This document shows, one piece after another, positions 60,661 through 64,000 of a stretch of DNA of 64,000 nt (position 1 is the stretch's first letter; every line of letters starts with the position of its first letter). Made by a program: the position numbers and the translations under genes. Under the pieces are notes generated by a model that did not search any database, had not been told where the DNA came from, and was given only the letters and a program-made list of their open reading frames with translations. This stretch comes from Candidatus Aminicenantes bacterium (lineage in GTDB: Bacteria > Acidobacteriota > Aminicenantia > Aminicenantales > Aminicenantaceae): contig WVZK01000086.1 in the NCBI GenBank assembly GCA_011772475.1, forward strand, positions 4,406-68,405, given 5' to 3'.

Positions 60661-63435
60661 ATGAAATGTCCTAAATGCAATTACGATAATCCTGAAAGCA
60701 CCAATTTCTGTGGCAATTGCGGAGAGCAGCTTCTTCCGTCCAAGAAAGCCGGAGTGCCTCACACCAAAACTCTCCAAACGCCTCTTAAAGAATTAGCCCG
60801 CGGCGCGGTTTTTGCCGATAGGTACGAGGTTATCGATGAGCTGGGTAAAGGAGGCATGGGCAAAGTCTATAGGGTGTTCGATAAGACGATAAAAGAAGAG
60901 GTCGCCTTAAAACTCATAAATCCAGAAATTGCTAAAGCAGAGAGGACGATAGAGCGTTTCAGTAATGAACTTAAACTTGCCCGCAAGATAGCTCACAGGA
61001 ATGTCTGTCGCATGTTTGACCTTGGTGAAGAAGAAGGAACTCATTACATAACCATGGAATATATTCCTGGGAAAAGCTTGAAGAGCGTGATCGGGATGAT
61101 GGGACAGTTGAGCCCAGCTCAAGTTGTTTTCCTGGCTAAACAAGTTTGTGAGGGATTGGACGAGGCACACAGGTTAGGGGTTGTGCATCGGGATTTGAAG
61201 CCGAGCAACATCATAATCGATAAAGAGGGGAATACTCGCATCATGGATTTTGGCATAGCTCGGTCGATTAAAGAAAAAGGAATAACTGGCGCTGGAGTTA
61301 TGGTCGGAACCCCGGAGTACATGTCACCTGAGCAAGTGGGAGCAGAAGAAGTTGATAGAAGATCTGACATCTATTCGTTGGGAGTCATCATGTACGAGAT
61401 GACAACAGGAAAGCTTCCTTTTGAAGGGGAGACAGCTTTGAGTATTGCCTTGAAGCATAAGACAGAAAAACCTCTTAGCCCCAAGCAGTTCAATTCTCAG
61501 ATCCCAGAAGATTTGGACCGAGTGATCATGAAATGCATAGCGAAGAATAAAGAGAAGAGATATCAGGAGACAAAGGAGCTCCTTGCGGAATTAAGCAAGA
61601 TAAAAGAGGGGATTACTACAGGAGAGAGGATTATCCCCAAGAGAAAGCCGACCACTTCAAAGAAGATAAAAGAGACGTTCAGGCTGCGTTGGATGCTGAT
61701 TGCCGCTGTGTTAATGGCAGTCGTTGCAGCAGGACTTGCTATTTTATATTTCGTAAGCAGAATAACTGCACCTCCTCCTGGGGAAAAGATGCTTGTCGTT
61801 CTGCCGTTTAAGAATCTTGGTCCCCCAGGAGATGAGTATTTCGCCGACGGAATAACAGAGGAAATTACCAGTCGTCTTGCCTCCTTGCAGGGGCTCGGAG
61901 TAATCTCTCGGACAAGCGCAATCCAGTATAAAAATACAGATAAGACAATAAGGCAAATAGGGGATGAATTGGGCATTGATTATGCGCTTGAGGGATCTGT
62001 GCGTTGGGATAGGAGTGCTGGAGGCAAAGGACGAGTGCGGGTAACTCCTCAACTTATCAGGGCTTCCGATGACGCTCACCTCTGGTCAGAGCGTTATGAC
62101 AGGGTATTAGAAGACATATTTTCGGTCCAATCTGAAATTGCAGAGCAAGTCGCCCAGCAATTAGACCTCACGGTGTTGGAACCTGAACGCAGGGCTTTAA
62201 ATGCTGGACCCACTGATAATCTTGAAGCTTATGACTATTATTTGCGCGGATTAGAGCACGAAAGTAGAGGCTGGGCACGCTTGGATAATCAAGAATTTGT
62301 ACAAGCAGTCGAGATGCTTGAAAAAGCGACTGAATTAGATCCTGAATTTGTACTGGCTTATGTCAGGATATCTCGTATCCATTCTAGGATGTATCATTTT
62401 GGCATAGGCCGCACCGAAGAACGCCTGGAAAAATCAAGGGCTGCAGTGGACAGAGCGCTGGAGCTCCAGCCTGATCTGCCCGAAGCGCAACAGGCCCTTG
62501 CGGTTTACTACTACAGGGGATTTCTTGACTATGACCGCGCAGCCGAAATATTTGAATCCCTCCAAAAAGCGCGACCTAACGTCTCACCGTCAATACTCGG
62601 CTACATCCAGAGACGAAAGGGTATGTGGGAGCGGTCGTTGGTAACGCTTGAAAGGGCATTCAGGCTCAACCCGCGTAACCCGCAATTAGCTTATGAGACA
62701 GGATTATCATACATAAGCATGCGCAGATATGATGAAGCTGCAGAGTGGTTCCACCGTGTCCTCTCGATTAATCCAGATCATTTTACAGCTCAACTGGGCA
62801 TCGTTGCAATCCATCTACTCTCAGAAGGAAATATAAAAGAAACGAAAGCCTTGTTGGAAGCCTTGCCCCAGCACCAGCTAAAAGATTACATGCGGTTCAC
62901 TCTTGGCATGCTTGAGCGAAACTTCCAGGAGGTGCTGGACCAACTTGCCTCCTTATCTTATGATTCTTTCGAGGGACAACAATTCTATTTCTTAAAAAAC
63001 CTGACTTACGCTTCAGTGTATCATGCTATGAAAGAGCTTTCGCTTGTGAAGAGCAGGGCTGAGTTAGCGCGCATTGCGCTTGAGAGGGCTGTTAAAGATC
63101 ATCCGGGAGATCCGAGATTCCACGCTTCACTTGGTCTTGCTTATGCTTACTTGGGCCAGAAGAGTGAAGCCATCCAAGAAGGAAATCGTGCAACAGAGCT
63201 TAATCCAGTATCAAAAGATGCTGCCCTTGGTCCTCCTTACATCCTGAATTTAGCCAGGATTTATGTTTTGGTTGGCGAACATGAGGAGGCTCTTAATCTG
63301 ATAGAGTATCTGCTATCTATTCCATCCTCTGAATTTATTTGGCAATTTGTATCTGTTCCGTTACTGCGCCTTGACCCACTCTGGGATCCGCTCCGTGAGA
63401 ATCCAAGGTTTCAGAGCTTGCTGGAAAAGGAATAG
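60661..63435 (+). CDS. Zinc-ribbon / Hanks-type Ser/Thr kinase / TM / periplasmic domain / TPR sensor protein (paralog)
   Basis: [45 protein letters not shown], a TM segment (MLIAAVLMAVVAAGLAILYFV), LVVLPFKNLGPPGDEYFADGITEEITSRL, then TPRs. Confidence 0.9.
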   Translation: MKCPKCNYDNPESTNFCGNCGEQLLPSKKAGVPHTKTLQTPLKELARGAVFADRYEVIDELGKGGMGKVYRVFDKTIKEEVALKLINPEIAKAERTIERFSNELKLARKIAHRNVCRMFDLGEEEGTHYITMEYIPGKSLKSVIGMMGQLSPAQVVFLAKQVCEGLDEAHRLGVVHRDLKPSNIIIDKEGNTRIMDFGIARSIKEKGITGAGVMVGTPEYMSPEQVGAEEVDRRSDIYSLGVIMYEMTTGKLPFEGETALSIALKHKTEKPLSPKQFNSQIPEDLDRVIMKCIAKNKEKRYQETKELLAELSKIKEGITTGERIIPKRKPTTSKKIKETFRLRWMLIAAVLMAVVAAGLAILYFVSRITAPPPGEKMLVVLPFKNLGPPGDEYFADGITEEITSRLASLQGLGVISRTSAIQYKNTDKTIRQIGDELGIDYALEGSVRWDRSAGGKGRVRVTPQLIRASDDAHLWSERYDRVLEDIFSVQSEIAEQVAQQLDLTVLEPERRALNAGPTDNLEAYDYYLRGLEHESRGWARLDNQEFVQAVEMLEKATELDPEFVLAYVRISRIHSRMYHFGIGRTEERLEKSRAAVDRALELQPDLPEAQQALAVYYYRGFLDYDRAAEIFESLQKARPNVSPSILGYIQRRKGMWERSLVTLERAFRLNPRNPQLAYETGLSYISMRRYDEAAEWFHRVLSINPDHFTAQLGIVAIHLLSEGNIKETKALLEALPQHQLKDYMRFTLGMLERNFQEVLDQLASLSYDSFEGQQFYFLKNLTYASVYHAMKELSLVKSRAELARIALERAVKDHPGDPRFHASLGLAYAYLGQKSEAIQEGNRATELNPVSKDAALGPPYILNLARIYVLVGEHEEALNLIEYLLSIPSSEFIWQFVSVPLLRLDPLWDPLRENPRFQSLLEKE

Positions 63436-63459
63436 AATAATTGATATTATAAGGGCAAT

Positions 63460-63840
63460 ATGATGGATAAGTTAGGTTATATTAGATTATTTATTGTTTT
63501 TATCTATGCTTTTATAGGATGGACGCTTTGTGGAGCTGTTATGTTTATCGGAATGGCAGTTACGACTGAATTTGTTACACTGATAATTCATGCTATCGCC
63601 GCTCCTATCATTTTTGTCGTAGTAACTTCATTTTACTTCAAAAAATACGATTTCACTACTCCACTGGAGACCGCAGCTTTATTCGTTGCTTTTGTTATAC
63701 TCATGGACTTTTTCATTGTTGCTCTCATCATTAATAGAAGCCTTGCCATGTTTGGAAATGTTTTAGGAACCTGGATTCCGTTCATCCTAATCTTTATCGC
63801 AACCTACTACACGGGCCGACACGAAGAAAAAAAAGACTAA
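63460..63840 (+). CDS. Four-TM membrane protein, unknown function
   Basis: 126 aa with a hydrophobic pattern throughout. Confidence 0.5.
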   Translation: MMDKLGYIRLFIVFIYAFIGWTLCGAVMFIGMAVTTEFVTLIIHAIAAPIIFVVVTSFYFKKYDFTTPLETAALFVAFVILMDFFIVALIINRSLAMFGNVLGTWIPFILIFIATYYTGRHEEKKD

Positions 63841-63859
63841 GTCGCCTATTGGAGAGAAA

Positions 63860-64000
63860 ATGAAAAGAGTCATTTTAGCAGGAATATTTCTTTTCGTTTT
63901 TTGCGCTTCCCTAACCCTCAATGCCCAGTGGGCAAGAACCTACGGAGGGAGTGACTTTGATCGAGCTTTTTTTATCCAGCAGACAAGCGACGGAGGTTAT
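63860..64000 (+). CDS. Secreted repeat protein, N-terminal 47 codons only (runs off the window)
   Basis: GGAGAG SD. MKRVILAGIFLFVFCASLTLNAQ signal, then WARTYGGSDFDRAFFIQQTSDGGY, a motif seen in many uncharacterised secreted repeat proteins. Confidence 0.45.
   Translation, partial: MKRVILAGIFLFVFCASLTLNAQWARTYGGSDFDRAFFIQQTSDGGY

Overview
This is a 64-kb bacterial chromosomal window. It is moderately AT-rich, has strong Shine-Dalgarno sites, and uses TAA, TAG and TGA as stops. I support about 55 protein-coding genes. I recognise no rRNA, tRNA, CRISPR array, cas gene, transposase, integrase or phage gene.

Gene content is dominated by secreted or periplasmic peptide-degrading enzymes:
- three S9 peptidases, including oligopeptidase B
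- gamma-glutamyltranspeptidase
- a large M14 carboxypeptidase and an M14/AstE-like deacylase
- an M28 aminopeptidase
- two tandem C69 dipeptidases
- HtrA
- an S12/beta-lactamase-fold hydrolase

The window also carries transporters: TrkAH, an APC permease, a split Na/Pi cotransporter with a PhoU-like gene, and an MFP with a duplicated FtsX/MacB-type permease. It further contains two paralogous zinc-ribbon/Ser-Thr-kinase/TPR sensors and several stress or RNA proteins (CspA, an RRM protein, TspO, AlkD-like). This content resembles uncultivated peptide-degrading Acidobacteria/Aminicenantes-like lineages, but that is inference only.

Signals beyond ordinary annotation:
1. A tandem pair of small Sec-signal peptides shares a twin CX6C frame around a variable glycine-zipper core. 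They sit next to an NHL beta-propeller. This is my best candidate for an undescribed system.
2. Two families of dispersed intergenic palindromic repeats are present. One is a GTAG-headed REP-like family in 9 gaps, including inverted doublets, a 57-bp tandem array and one copy inside a terminator loop. The other is a GGGGCC-N-GGCCCC terminator-like family.
3. An ABM-domain gene, a zinc ribbon and a Ser/Thr kinase recur together, with paralogous promoters and an orphan 32-aa zinc-ribbon ORF.
4. A nearly identical 25-31 bp promoter module sits in front of three unrelated transcription units.
5. An MFP plus a duplicated orphan permease has no ATPase gene nearby.

All functional calls come from motifs read by eye. 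No database search was run.
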